A stretch of DNA of 64,000 bases from a virus (lineage: Duplodnaviria > Caudoviricetes): IMG/VR virus record IMGVR_UViG_3300021431_000086, positions 61,932 through 125,931 of that record; one strand, given 5' to 3'. A program made the position numbers and the translations under genes. A model generated the notes under the pieces. The model had not been told where the DNA came from, did no database searches, and worked only from the letters and a program-made list of their open reading frames with translations. Positions 19,435-28,903 of this stretch are shown in pieces. Positions within the stretch are counted from its first letter, which is position 1. Each line of letters opens with the position of its first letter.

Positions 19435-19599
19435 TTATAGTCCATACCGGCGGCGTTGTGCTGCCAGTCTTTCTTCGTAGGTCATGTCGGTGGCGATGGC
19501 TGTGCGCCTCACTATCTCGCACCGCTGCTCAAACGAGCGGTTGGGATCGAAGGCAAAGCGGCCCACCCTGCATTCCTGCTCAAAGGTCTTGGCAGTCAT
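19435..19599 (-). CDS. Small hypothetical protein (54 aa, below ORF-track cutoff)
   Basis: MTAKTFEQECRVGRFAFDPNRS...; fills the gap, ATGA overlap. Confidence 0.5.
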   Translation of the reverse strand: MTAKTFEQECRVGRFAFDPNRSFEQRCEIVRRTAIATDMTYEERLAAQRRRYGL

Positions 19600-20054
19600 T
19601 GCTTGCCCTCCTTATCTATGATTTCCTTGACTTCATCCTGTGTGAAGATAAAATCCTTGCCGTATGCTTGCAAACAGCAGCAGACCACCTCTTCGCCAAC
19701 AGCCTTATAATATTCTGCGACATGATAGAGGTTTGGAATGGTGAGAGGGTCGAACTCTTCCTTGTGCGCCTTGATGCGGTGTATCGCATTGTATCGGTGC
19801 AATCCAATCTCGCTCATCATTAGTCCGTAGTCGAGCCAGCCTTTCCTCTGACTTTCCTCTTCGATGCCCGGAGGTGTCGGTTCTTCCTGCTTCATCTCTT
19901 CGATGGCACTCTTTACAAGCTCCAGTGCCTCAATCTCGGCAGCAACCAGGCATTCTTCTGTCGTGCCCATTGGGTCGGGGGTGCAGTTACGTTTTAGCCC
20001 GTCGATGATTCCATCAATCTTGGCTGTTATTTTCTCTGAATCAATATACTTCAT
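19596..20054 (-). CDS. Hypothetical protein
   Basis: 152 aa. Confidence 0.65.
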   Translation of the reverse strand: MKYIDSEKITAKIDGIIDGLKRNCTPDPMGTTEECLVAAEIEALELVKSAIEEMKQEEPTPPGIEEESQRKGWLDYGLMMSEIGLHRYNAIHRIKAHKEEFDPLTIPNLYHVAEYYKAVGEEVVCCCLQAYGKDFIFTQDEVKEIIDKEGKQ

Positions 20055-20063
20055 AGTTCCATT

Positions 20064-20345
20064 TTATTTTAAGTTTACTCCTCGTTTTAATTCCTTCCAC
20101 GCAAATGAGGCAGTATATCTTCTTATACCATACTCATTTCTCACACTGCCATTCCTTACCTCGTCGGATTGTTTTAGCAAGCTATTGCCTATCCACCAGG
20201 CAAATATTGCTATTTTATCTACCACAAATTCAAAGGGACGCGAGATTAGACGACATAGATGGCATACAAGGGCGAATGGTAATGCAATCACCACGAGGAT
20301 ACAACGAACGGCTATCTCTATCCGGGATAAATGTTGTAACTTCAT
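20064..20345 (-). CDS. Hypothetical membrane protein
   Basis: Hydrophobic N-terminal half. Confidence 0.55.
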   Translation of the reverse strand: MKLQHLSRIEIAVRCILVVIALPFALVCHLCRLISRPFEFVVDKIAIFAWWIGNSLLKQSDEVRNGSVRNEYGIRRYTASFAWKELKRGVNLK

Positions 20346-20782
20346 TTTTCCTCCTCCTTGATTCTCGCTTCAATGTTTACTAATACGTTGTCTAACGTCT
20401 TACCCGTGTACTTGGGCAGTAGTTCATTGAGTACTTCCCTCTGACGCTTAAGGATGTCCAGCTCCGTGAGAGTCGGTTGGTGTTCTTCAATACCTGGCCC
20501 GAAACCCCAATGAAACTTATCACCTAATTCAAATATTTTAGCGGCAAGCTGATTCCCAATTTCGTCCATTTGCGCTTCTACTGCCTTCCGCTTGCCTTTC
20601 TGGTAGGCGTCAAGCAAATCAGTTAGGTGCTGTTTCCGCTCCTCTTCTATCTTTTTAAGTTCAAAAGCTCTACCGGCAGAGAAGAAGTAATAAGCGGATT
20701 TTGTTCTTCCATCATTAAATGGAAGCTCTTCTCCATAGTACTCCATCATTACTTGGGTGACATCTTTAACTTCTTTTTCCAT
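20342..20782 (-). CDS. Hypothetical protein
   Basis: 146 aa. Confidence 0.6.
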   Translation of the reverse strand: MEKEVKDVTQVMMEYYGEELPFNDGRTKSAYYFFSAGRAFELKKIEEERKQHLTDLLDAYQKGKRKAVEAQMDEIGNQLAAKIFELGDKFHWGFGPGIEEHQPTLTELDILKRQREVLNELLPKYTGKTLDNVLVNIEARIKEEEK

Positions 20783-20786
20783 ACTC

Positions 20787-21026
20787 TTATTTTCCTTTCA
20801 TTGCCTTTTTGAAGTTACTAAAATAGTCGCAATCATGCCTACAGATGTGAATGGGTACTGTATGAGGATAGTGTCCACAAACTTTACAATACGCATCACA
20901 AACCTTCTCAATAAAAGCATCGGTACGGGTATATTCAATATATTCTCGTTCAAATGGTATTTCTTCTGTATAATAATGTAAACCATCTTCAACTGAAGTA
21001 AAATAAATCTTCTCTGGTGCATCCAT
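20787..21026 (-). CDS. Hypothetical protein
   Basis: MDAPEKIY...IEYTRTDAFIEK. Confidence 0.6.
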   Translation of the reverse strand: MDAPEKIYFTSVEDGLHYYTEEIPFEREYIEYTRTDAFIEKVCDAYCKVCGHYPHTVPIHICRHDCDYFSNFKKAMKGK

Positions 21027-21029
21027 AAA

Positions 21030-21473
21030 TTATAAAACTATTTCTTTTTTAATTCTACGCAACCTCAATGCGTGTTGTAATTCGTGGACGTAGAGGATAA
21101 TAAACGGAGTGTTATTGGTATCTTCATCGTCATAGTCAGAAGTGACAACAATGCGATAGCCACAATCGTCTGTACCCTGAAGCATCAATCCACCACCAAC
21201 CCACGTTTGCGGAAAGAACTTTTCATCTTCGTTGTTGTAAACCCAACCGTTCTTTTCAAGAATCTCTGGAGTGAGGGGAATAAAGCTAAGAATATCTAAG
21301 GCAAAATCTTCATATCTTTGTTTCTCACTAAGCCTATCATTAGGGTCACGATGACATCTTATATAATCCAACTCACCATCTGATGTACGATTGATTCCTT
21401 CTACCTTTGTGCAGTAGTTGTTAGGCCTGCTATAACACACCCAATCCCCAATCATTAAATCTTTTGCTTCCAT
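21030..21473 (-). CDS. Hypothetical phage protein
   Basis: DLMIGDWV...IPLTPEILEKNGW...YVHELQHALRL pattern. Confidence 0.7.
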   Translation of the reverse strand: MEAKDLMIGDWVCYSRPNNYCTKVEGINRTSDGELDYIRCHRDPNDRLSEKQRYEDFALDILSFIPLTPEILEKNGWVYNNEDEKFFPQTWVGGGLMLQGTDDCGYRIVVTSDYDDEDTNNTPFIILYVHELQHALRLRRIKKEIVL

Positions 21474-21869
21474 AACTTTATGCTTTAGGTATTAAGTAAA
21501 AATCGTTAAACAATTCTTCTATATGCTTATCAGTCCAGATTGGCTCTTTGGTTTCGTCAACTGAAGCCTGATACCAACTTTGAAGATAAGCCATACTCAC
21601 AGCGTTTGGGTGTTTATCCGCCCATCTTGCGCCACACATAAAAGACGTTCTGCCGTCACAATTACTGCTATGCTTTCTTGCGGCAGCATAAATACTGTTA
21701 TCCCTTTTTGTCATCATAATTCTTTTATTTTGAACATTTTGGGCAATAATGAACGTGAAGGCCATTGCCATACGTCCATCCTTTTGGTAATGGCTGGTCT
21801 GGGTCTAACACTTCCGTCAGTGCGCCACAGTTGTCACATGCGTATTGTACTAAAGTGTAATCCATAATT

Positions 21870-23153
21870 CTATCCTCCTATTCTTTGTTTAAGTGTTCTT
21901 AGCCAATCGACAATCTTTCCCATCTTACCGGAGTCGGTCGGGATGCCGTCTTCAAGTACGGCCAATAGATAGCCCAGTGTCCTATCGTCCTCTTCACTCC
22001 AACTTGTTTCCTCTTTACAGTCACTTACAGCACTTTTAACCTTCTCGAACTCTTTCTTTACAAGTAGTGCTGCATCATCTGCGGGATTTTCTACAAACAC
22101 ATAATCAGTATCGAGTATATAGGTTGAAACCCAACCTCCTGCAATACCACTCTCTCGTATTTCGGAAATAAACCATTCTTCATAATTTTCAGGGTCAGCT
22201 GCTTTTGCTATCTGCCATCTCTTTCCATTGTCATCTTTGAGTCTAACAATGTCACCAGGTTTCCAAGAATGTTTTTCTACAATTTTCTTCGACTCCTTTG
22301 CATCCCATTCATATCCTGATTCCTTCATCTTTGAGAATAGAAGTTCACGCTGTTCTTTAGTGGCTGGATGAATATCCATTTTATCTTGTTCTGTTAGGGA
22401 ATAAAGACTATCCGTTATAAATCTTTTACCATCATAGCAACAATAATAAACAAAACCGCCAAAGGTTGTTTCTTGTTTAGTGCAATTCTTTATATCGTGC
22501 TTATATAGTGAAATTTCATCTTCATAAACAAGCACATCGCCAACCTTTGCGTCTTCGATAGACCAAAGTCTATAGGATTCCTCAAACACATTGAAGTGAT
22601 TATAGCCTTTATATCCATATATAGACTCGATTGTATAATAGCCATTCTTAATATCAGTAATTTTACAAACACGATAATCTTCGTGAGCTTTGTTCGATAT
22701 AATCCAATCACCTACATGGAACTTTGGCTCGACCTTATCAGCAGGATTACCTTGCTTTTCAAACCTATGCAAATCTTCTATCAAGGTCTCCAAAACACCT
22801 TCATAATAGTTACCTTTTTCAGTATCGGAGCAACTATTATAGGCATAATCTAAGGCTTCGTATTGTTCCTTAGTTGGTTTCCAGTAGGATTTCGGTTCAC
22901 CTTGCTTTTCAAGCCAAGTGAGAAGTTCTTCTTGCGAAGTGTGGTGTGTATAATAAAAGTCTGCAAGTTCTTCTTCCACACTCATAAGAGCAATCTTGAT
23001 GTTTTTCCTTATCCTTTCATCATAGTCCTCGGCAAGCTGGGGAAATACCTCCTCAAGTACACCTATTGTGACGGCACTTTCGGTATTCTGCTTTGCCTCC
23101 CTGGCCCTTTCAAGAGCTTCATCATAGGCTCTTGCTTTTTCTTCTGTATTCAT
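21870..23153 (-). CDS. Mosaic hypothetical phage protein
   Basis: 427 aa; EEKARAYDEALERA start, PKFHVGDWI, HPATKEQRELLF and WSEED modules. Confidence 0.7.
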   Translation of the reverse strand: MNTEEKARAYDEALERAREAKQNTESAVTIGVLEEVFPQLAEDYDERIRKNIKIALMSVEEELADFYYTHHTSQEELLTWLEKQGEPKSYWKPTKEQYEALDYAYNSCSDTEKGNYYEGVLETLIEDLHRFEKQGNPADKVEPKFHVGDWIISNKAHEDYRVCKITDIKNGYYTIESIYGYKGYNHFNVFEESYRLWSIEDAKVGDVLVYEDEISLYKHDIKNCTKQETTFGGFVYYCCYDGKRFITDSLYSLTEQDKMDIHPATKEQRELLFSKMKESGYEWDAKESKKIVEKHSWKPGDIVRLKDDNGKRWQIAKAADPENYEEWFISEIRESGIAGGWVSTYILDTDYVFVENPADDAALLVKKEFEKVKSAVSDCKEETSWSEEDDRTLGYLLAVLEDGIPTDSGKMGKIVDWLRTLKQRIGG

Positions 23154-23204
23154 AGTTACAATAAGATTTTAGTTATTTTACTTTTGCGCCTCAAAGTACA
23201 ATAG

Positions 23205-23465
23205 TCATAGTTTATTATCCTTTCGTTCAAATTTATCACATGCTTTATTAGAAAGGTTCACACAATAGTGCCGAGGGTATTTCTTGCCCCATGTCCTTAC
23301 CATACACTGGTACTGGATGGGCCACTTGGGATTAGGAGCACAATGCCTGCAATTCCTACACCGCAACGCAGTCTTCATTTCTTCCGCTTTCTGCGCCTTG
23401 GCGATTTCAGTTCTTCTTTTGAGTTCGGCTTTTAACTCTTCGGCTGTATAATCTTTAAGTTCCAT
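23205..23465 (-). CDS. Hypothetical Cys-containing protein
   Basis: CRNCRHC. Confidence 0.6.
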   Translation of the reverse strand: MELKDYTAEELKAELKRRTEIAKAQKAEEMKTALRCRNCRHCAPNPKWPIQYQCMVRTWGKKYPRHYCVNLSNKACDKFERKDNKL

Positions 23466-23466
23466 A

Positions 23467-23883
23467 TTACAATAAGTTTAGTTCATGCAACTTTAATATT
23501 ATTTCGTAGCAAGCATCAACTGCTTCTTTATTATACACATCATATATATCGGTTGAAAGTCTATAAACATCTTCCAACAGATTCGCCCTACCATCAGAGG
23601 TTCGTTTGAGATAAACAAATTCAAAATATCCACATTTATCTTTAATTAAACTAAACAATGTCACAAGACTCCAACAAGGAATAAGTTCCCAATATTTATC
23701 CCATCCGTGGAGTGCTTCGTTAAATACGTCTTGCATTTCTTTTACGGTGTAAAGATTAGCGGAGAATTTATCTGTATAATTAACCCCTTTTATAGAGTTA
23801 TTGCACCAAGCCATATCTGCACTCTCAAGTGGCAGTATCTCTGCAAGTTTCTTGCTTTGTTCTATGTCTGTGTATGATTTCAT
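23467..23883 (-). CDS. Hypothetical protein
   Basis: 138 aa. Confidence 0.65.
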   Translation of the reverse strand: MKSYTDIEQSKKLAEILPLESADMAWCNNSIKGVNYTDKFSANLYTVKEMQDVFNEALHGWDKYWELIPCWSLVTLFSLIKDKCGYFEFVYLKRTSDGRANLLEDVYRLSTDIYDVYNKEAVDACYEIILKLHELNLL

Positions 23884-23918
23884 CAGTTCTTGATTTTATC
23901 CATTAATAATTGACTTTA

Positions 23919-24413
23919 TTAAAAATGTTTTTTACCTCTCCAAAACAATTTGTGATACCAACGAGTCTTATATCCGCATTGTTCCTCAAGATACTTTCTA
24001 ACACAAGGAACTGGACAAATCCATAAGAGTTTCTTATCTACTTCAAATGGAGTGTTCAATACTGGGCAAGTATATGAATCCTCCCAATCTCTTGCCGTCT
24101 TATGGTAGGCATCTATAATTGAAAATGCTTCCTCCTCAGCTTGTTCTCTTGGACAATCATAGCCAACAGATTCCTTATAGTGTTTAATAAGGTTTTCCAC
24201 CGCACGACTTTCTATTCCTATCTTCTCATAGTCCCTCTTGGCAATAGCAATGTGTATTTTTGCGTAAGCATTACTGTTGATTTTCCATTGCTGATAAGTC
24301 ATTATAATATCATAGAAGTAGAACAACAGCTCAGGATAATAAGCAATCGCCCATCTCCTTAAGTCATCATACTCATAGTATGAATGAACATACAGTTTGT
24401 CTATTGCTGCCAT
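23919..24413 (-). CDS. Hypothetical protein
   Basis: 164 aa. Confidence 0.65.
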   Translation of the reverse strand: MAAIDKLYVHSYYEYDDLRRWAIAYYPELLFYFYDIIMTYQQWKINSNAYAKIHIAIAKRDYEKIGIESRAVENLIKHYKESVGYDCPREQAEEEAFSIIDAYHKTARDWEDSYTCPVLNTPFEVDKKLLWICPVPCVRKYLEEQCGYKTRWYHKLFWRGKKHF

Positions 24414-24461
24414 AGTTATTTTATAGTTAATGTGTAATCAAAAGCAATAGATAAGTATAAG

Positions 24462-24506
24462 AATGATGCCGCGCACCTTCCAGTCAAGTTCTTTCCATTT
24501 CATAGT
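24462..24506. repeat. 45-bp direct repeat, copy 1 (5' end of a truncated 21-aa ORF, 24438-24503)
   Basis: Identical to 25623-25667. Confidence 0.9.
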
Positions 24507-24540
24507 GATGTGAATTAATTGTATTACTTCCCTTACGGGT

Positions 24541-24786
24541 TTATTCTTCCTCGTTGGCATGGTTGAGATTCTCACTGTGCAACTTTTTAAGCACCTCATC
24601 CTCTATTTCACGGAAGTGTTTGGCAATCCTTTGCACCTTTTCCAACTCCTCAAAATAGTTGTCAGTGAGCCCTTCAAGCATATCAACAGCCTTAGATGCA
24701 CGAAGAAGGTTCTTCGTTTCAATCGTAATGATGATGACCAAACCGATAAGCAAAACGGATTGGATGATGTTTAAAAATATTGTCAT
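24541..24786 (-). CDS. Hypothetical membrane-anchored protein
   Basis: N-terminal TM + helix. Confidence 0.55.
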   Translation of the reverse strand: MTIFLNIIQSVLLIGLVIIITIETKNLLRASKAVDMLEGLTDNYFEELEKVQRIAKHFREIEDEVLKKLHSENLNHANEEE

Positions 24787-24806
24787 AGCTTACTTGATTT
24801 ATAAAG

Positions 24807-25028
24807 TTAATACTTGTCGTTCATGTGCAATTCCCTAACCCTTGTAAGAGTTGCTATCGGGTCTTCCTTCAGCATGGATGAGGGGAGGATGGGGCACCCG
24901 GCAAAGGTAAGCCATATCTCGCCGTCTCGCTCCGTTATCTGGAAATCCTCCTTCACACGTTCGCTACTCCTGCGCCTTTCACGCAGCTTCACTCTCTCGA
25001 TGATGTTTGTAATCAGTTTCATAAGCAT
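24807..25028 (-). CDS. Hypothetical protein
   Basis: 73 aa. Confidence 0.55.
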   Translation of the reverse strand: MLMKLITNIIERVKLRERRRSSERVKEDFQITERDGEIWLTFAGCPILPSSMLKEDPIATLTRVRELHMNDKY

Positions 25029-25040
25029 TATGGATTTTTT

Positions 25041-25262
25041 CTATTCCTCAAAATTAAGTCCTAAGATAGCCACCCACTTCTCCGGGTTGCGCAACTTGCC
25101 TTCCTCAATCATCTTCTTTATCTGCTCCTTGGTGGCACGGGTGCGTTCCCATTCGGCATAGTCCCGCTCCCGCTTCTTTGACTGCATCTCCATACGGTAC
25201 CTGCCACGCTCTTGCTGAAGGTCGCGCCAGAAGGGCTGCAAGGCTCCAAGAAACTCCTGCAT
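25041..25262 (-). CDS. Hypothetical protein
   Basis: 73 aa. Confidence 0.55.
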   Translation of the reverse strand: MQEFLGALQPFWRDLQQERGRYRMEMQSKKRERDYAEWERTRATKEQIKKMIEEGKLRNPEKWVAILGLNFEE

Positions 25263-25562
25263 GTTGGGACGGTTGGTGGAGTATATCTTGCTACACCTGC
25301 TTATTTATATACGCTTTTACAGCTTTCATATTTGCCATATCTGCCTCAATATTACCCATGTGGGGGATTACATCATCATAAGCAATATATGAAATAAGAT
25401 TCTGAAGTAATTGCTGACTCTCGGACTCAGACAATTCCATGTCATACGCCTCTTTGTACATCTTCCTTGCCGCTTTCAAACATTCAGCAGCCCTTTTTTC
25501 AATTTCTTTCATCCTAATTTGAGGGTTAAGGAGAGAGGAGCGAGCCCCTCTCTCCATTCGTT

Positions 25563-25664
25563 TTACGTCAGCGAGGACAGCATGGCCAAGCCGAACAACA
25601 CAGCTGCGACGGCGACAATACCAATGATGCCGCGCACCTTCCAGTCAAGTTCTTTCCATTTCAT
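25563..25664 (-). CDS. 33-aa single-TM peptide containing copy 2 of the 45-bp repeat
   Basis: MKWKELDWKVRGIIGIVAVAAVVFGLAMLSSLT. Confidence 0.55.
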   Translation of the reverse strand: MKWKELDWKVRGIIGIVAVAAVLFGLAMLSSLT

Positions 25665-25738
25665 AGTTGTAATAATTAAGTTAATAATATCCCATGCGGG
25701 AATCTATTTATGCAATAAATATTCATTAATTCTTATGG

Positions 25739-25807
25739 TCAGTGTTTCGCATCCTGCATACAGTGCGGACACCCCATGTGGCAGCGTGATGTGAACATGA
25801 TTAACAT
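25739..25807 (-). pseudogene. Truncated radical-SAM gene remnant
   Basis: MLIMFTSRCHMGCPHCMQDAKH*: CxxxCxxC at the N-terminus, then a stop. Confidence 0.55.
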
Positions 25808-25832
25808 AATGTTGAGCTTTTTATTGAGGCTA

Positions 25833-26957
25833 TTATTTCTTCTTAATCTTACTATTCATTTTCTCTATCTCCTTGGCCTCCTTGGTCATCGTGTTCAGGA
25901 TGTCGAGGACGAAAGGGAGGTTCGAGTCATACACCTGCTGCTGCTCGGCATATCCGGCGTACTTCATCACGATGTTGATGGTGCCCACCTCGCCGGTGAG
26001 GGCGTCGCGCAGGGGGTCGCTCTTGCCGCTGTCCTGGAAGAGGAGGGGATAGACGTGGGAGTAATACTGGATGGCAGTCTGGTAGCACTGGAAGCAGATG
26101 TGGAAGAGGGTAGAAATCTGAGTATCCCGATTACTCTGATTACTCTGAGAGAGCCGCCTTTCCCACCACCGGGCCAGCCCATCGGCTTGTTCGGCATTGT
26201 AGCGAAACTCCCAGTGGGGACGGAGGCGGATGCTGCCGCCGCTGGTGTCGAGCAGGGCGAAGGAGCGTGGCACGAGGCAGTGGGCGAGGAACTGGGCTTG
26301 CAGGTGGAGCACCTGTCCGTCGGTGTTGCCCTCCTGAAAGAGCTGGGGGGCGATGGCTTGCAGGGAGCGGTATTGCTGCCAGGTGAGGTTGTTCATTGCC
26401 ACCTGTGGGAGGGAGAACACCTTAGTTGAGAGTTGAGAGTTGAGAGTTGAAAGTCTCTGCCACCACTTGCGCTTCTCGCCGGGAATTATGAACCCTGCAT
26501 TGTAAATTGTGCATTTGTCGATGGGCAGCTCCATCGCGTCGCGGAAGCCGCTGACGTACCCGCTGACTGCCTCGCGCCGTTCCTTCGTGACCTTGCCCTG
26601 CTCGTCGCGCTCCTCCTTCTCGCCCGGATCGCCGTAGGGGAAGTCGAACCAGGTGAGGGCATGGCGGGCGAGGTGGGCCAGTTCTCTTGCCGTCACCGTG
26701 AAGAACCGCCCATCCTTGCCCTTCAGGGAGTAGGTGGCTTCGCCAGTCTGCCGGCTGAACGACGCGCCGGAATCGTGCCGCACCGTCAGTCCGCAGAGGG
26801 TGAGCAGTGCCGCCGCCCGCGCCACGTCGGAGTTGCCGCCAAAGCGCATCTTCACCGTCCAGCAGTCGGTGAGCTGCTGCCAGGTGAGCTCGCTCCAGCT
26901 CTTGGGGAGAGCAGGAAGTGGGGTAGTGCTATGTGTCGGGTTGCTCATTGCTGCCAT
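25833..26957 (-). CDS. Hypothetical protein with in-frame short-repeat insertions
   Basis: 374 aa; LPKSWSELTWQQL; inserts LSTLNSQLST and SQSNQSNRD. Confidence 0.7.
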   Translation of the reverse strand: MAAMSNPTHSTTPLPALPKSWSELTWQQLTDCWTVKMRFGGNSDVARAAALLTLCGLTVRHDSGASFSRQTGEATYSLKGKDGRFFTVTARELAHLARHALTWFDFPYGDPGEKEERDEQGKVTKERREAVSGYVSGFRDAMELPIDKCTIYNAGFIIPGEKRKWWQRLSTLNSQLSTKVFSLPQVAMNNLTWQQYRSLQAIAPQLFQEGNTDGQVLHLQAQFLAHCLVPRSFALLDTSGGSIRLRPHWEFRYNAEQADGLARWWERRLSQSNQSNRDTQISTLFHICFQCYQTAIQYYSHVYPLLFQDSGKSDPLRDALTGEVGTINIVMKYAGYAEQQQVYDSNLPFVLDILNTMTKEAKEIEKMNSKIKKK

Positions 26958-27000
26958 ATCAATTCGTGCAATTCTTTCAATTCGTGGCCTGAAAAAAATC

Positions 27001-27432
27001 TCAGGGCATCATCCCCATCCGTTGCAGCAATCGCCGTATCTCAGCACTCACCTTATACTTCTGCGTGACGGCAATCACCTTCACCCCGTCGGCCAGGCCA
27101 TACTGCGTGCAGCACCACTCCCGCTTCTGCATCGTGGGGCGGTTGCCGCTAAAGATGGGTCCCTTCATCAGGTCGTCCTTCTTCGGGTCGCGGTAGGTGG
27201 CGGTGGCAGGGCGGAGCAGTGTGTCGGGCACCTCCATCGTCACGCACCAGTCGGGGTAGCAGCAGCCCGAGAGCCAATGTATCGCCTCTTCGGGCGGCTC
27301 CGTAAAGAAGCAGAAGCCCACGGCATCCGTCCGCTGTCCCCGCTCCCGTGCATGGTCGGTGGCGTTCATCAGCTTGCCGCCGCTAATGAGGCATTCATAC
27401 TCTGCCTCTGACATGAATCGGTGTACGGTCAT
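27001..27432 (-). CDS. Hypothetical protein
   Basis: 143 aa. Confidence 0.65.
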   Translation of the reverse strand: MTVHRFMSEAEYECLISGGKLMNATDHARERGQRTDAVGFCFFTEPPEEAIHWLSGCCYPDWCVTMEVPDTLLRPATATYRDPKKDDLMKGPIFSGNRPTMQKREWCCTQYGLADGVKVIAVTQKYKVSAEIRRLLQRMGMMP

Positions 27433-27482
27433 ATATCACGTTTTTTAGCTGTACCAGATTTCGGGATAATTCTCTTCGTATA

Positions 27483-27803
27483 TCATGACTCTCTGTTGTT
27501 TGTTTCAAACCATACAGGGATGCCGCAACTGCTGGCTACGTCCAACTCCAGCTTCGCCCCTTTGGAGTGCTCCCATCCGCTGAGCATATAGATGATGTCG
27601 CAGTCCACAAGTGCGCGAATATCGACCCTCATGTGCTCATGCCAGTCCGCCTCCTGAGACAGCCCATTCTCGAAAGGGTTGAACACGTCGTAGCCTTTCA
27701 GTTGCCAGTAGTCGGCTGCCATCTTGAACCTCCGGCGGCGCTCGTCGAGGTCCATGTGGGCAATCTTGCCCGAGATGTAGATTTTCAGTTTCTTCTGTCC
27801 CAT
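27483..27803 (-). CDS. DUF4406 / nucleoside 2-deoxyribosyltransferase-like protein
   Basis: KIYISGKI...NP..NGL...CDIIYMLSGWEHSKGAKLE. Confidence 0.85.
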   Translation of the reverse strand: MGQKKLKIYISGKIAHMDLDERRRRFKMAADYWQLKGYDVFNPFENGLSQEADWHEHMRVDIRALVDCDIIYMLSGWEHSKGAKLELDVASSCGIPVWFETNNRES

Positions 27804-27805
27804 AG

Positions 27806-28174
27806 TTATAATGAGATTTTGGTTACATTGATTCCCGCGTTGTCGCCAAAGGTCTCATTGAGCCATTTCAGGGCCTTCATAGCTGCTTCCTCCTGTTGCT
27901 CGATGAGCTCCTTCACCTTGGCTGCTTCGGCGAATTTTTCTCGTTTTACCAGGTGGGGGAGGAGTTTCCTCAATTTCTCCACCTCTGCGAATTGCTCTTT
28001 CACCTTTGTGGCGGAAAGCATAGAGTACACCTTGAAGAGTTCCACCTTCAGCACCAGAAGGTCGTTGGACTGATTTCGTAGCCGGACAAATGCGAACGCA
28101 GCCATAAAGGTCATCGCTGCGTAGGTGACAATGCCCATGACGAGGGCAATGGATTGAAGTACTTCGTTGTTCAT
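27806..28174 (-). CDS. Membrane protein with UvrB/UvrC-like motif
   Basis: N-terminal TM; LVKREKFAEAAKVKELI. Confidence 0.55.
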   Translation of the reverse strand: MNNEVLQSIALVMGIVTYAAMTFMAAFAFVRLRNQSNDLLVLKVELFKVYSMLSATKVKEQFAEVEKLRKLLPHLVKREKFAEAAKVKELIEQQEEAAMKALKWLNETFGDNAGINVTKISL

Positions 28175-28223
28175 CGTTTTATTATGATTTCGTTGGTAAA
28201 TACATATTTCTTCATCATGTCGG

Positions 28224-28451
28224 TTATCTGTTGACGTTATACCGATAACTGATGCGTCCCTTTGTGAGATCGTAGAGGGACAACTCTACATTCACTCGGT
28301 CGCCTGGCATGATGCGGATGTGCCGCTGCCGCATTTTGCCGCTGAGCATTCCAAGGATGCTCACACCGTTGTCCAACTCCACACGGAAACGGTCACCGCC
28401 CAATGCCTCAGTAACCTCACCCTCAGCAATAATAAAATTCTGCTTACTCAT
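28224..28451 (-). CDS. infA: Translation initiation factor IF-1
   Basis: EGEVTEAL...FRVELDNG......[30 protein letters not shown]. Confidence 0.93.
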   Translation of the reverse strand: MSKQNFIIAEGEVTEALGGDRFRVELDNGVSILGMLSGKMRQRHIRIMPGDRVNVELSLYDLTKGRISYRYNVNR

Positions 28452-28513
28452 GGCTGTATTTTTCCCTTATATTGTTATAAACCCGATTAAACATAATATC
28501 CATTCGCATAATT

Positions 28514-28903
28514 TCATTTCTTCATCCTCTGTCGTATTTTTCTGTCCTCATCGCGACGGCGGTTCATCTCCATGATGTGGTCGTAAAACTCACGATCACA
28601 CTCCGTCTGTTCTTGAGCCTGCCGTTGTAGCTCCTTGGCAGCCCCCTGTTGCTCGGGCGACAGCGTTGCATCTATAGGCAACTCAGCCAACATGTCGGCC
28701 AGCAGCTTGGCATAGTGGGCCTGTCGGCGGCGAACCTCCTCTTCCCACTTCCGCACACGTTCCACTTCTTTCCGGCAGGCCCGCCAGTAGGCTTTGCGTG
28801 CTGCCTCATGCGACGTACCCTGGTACACCCATACCACACGCCCCGTGAGGCACGAACGGCGGATGACTATGACCTTTCTCTTCTTCACCTTGCAATATTT
28901 CAT
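28514..28903 (-). CDS. Hypothetical basic protein
   Basis: 129 aa, overlaps primase stop. Confidence 0.6.
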   Translation of the reverse strand: MKYCKVKKRKVIVIRRSCLTGRVVWVYQGTSHEAARKAYWRACRKEVERVRKWEEEVRRRQAHYAKLLADMLAELPIDATLSPEQQGAAKELQRQAQEQTECDREFYDHIMEMNRRRDEDRKIRQRMKK

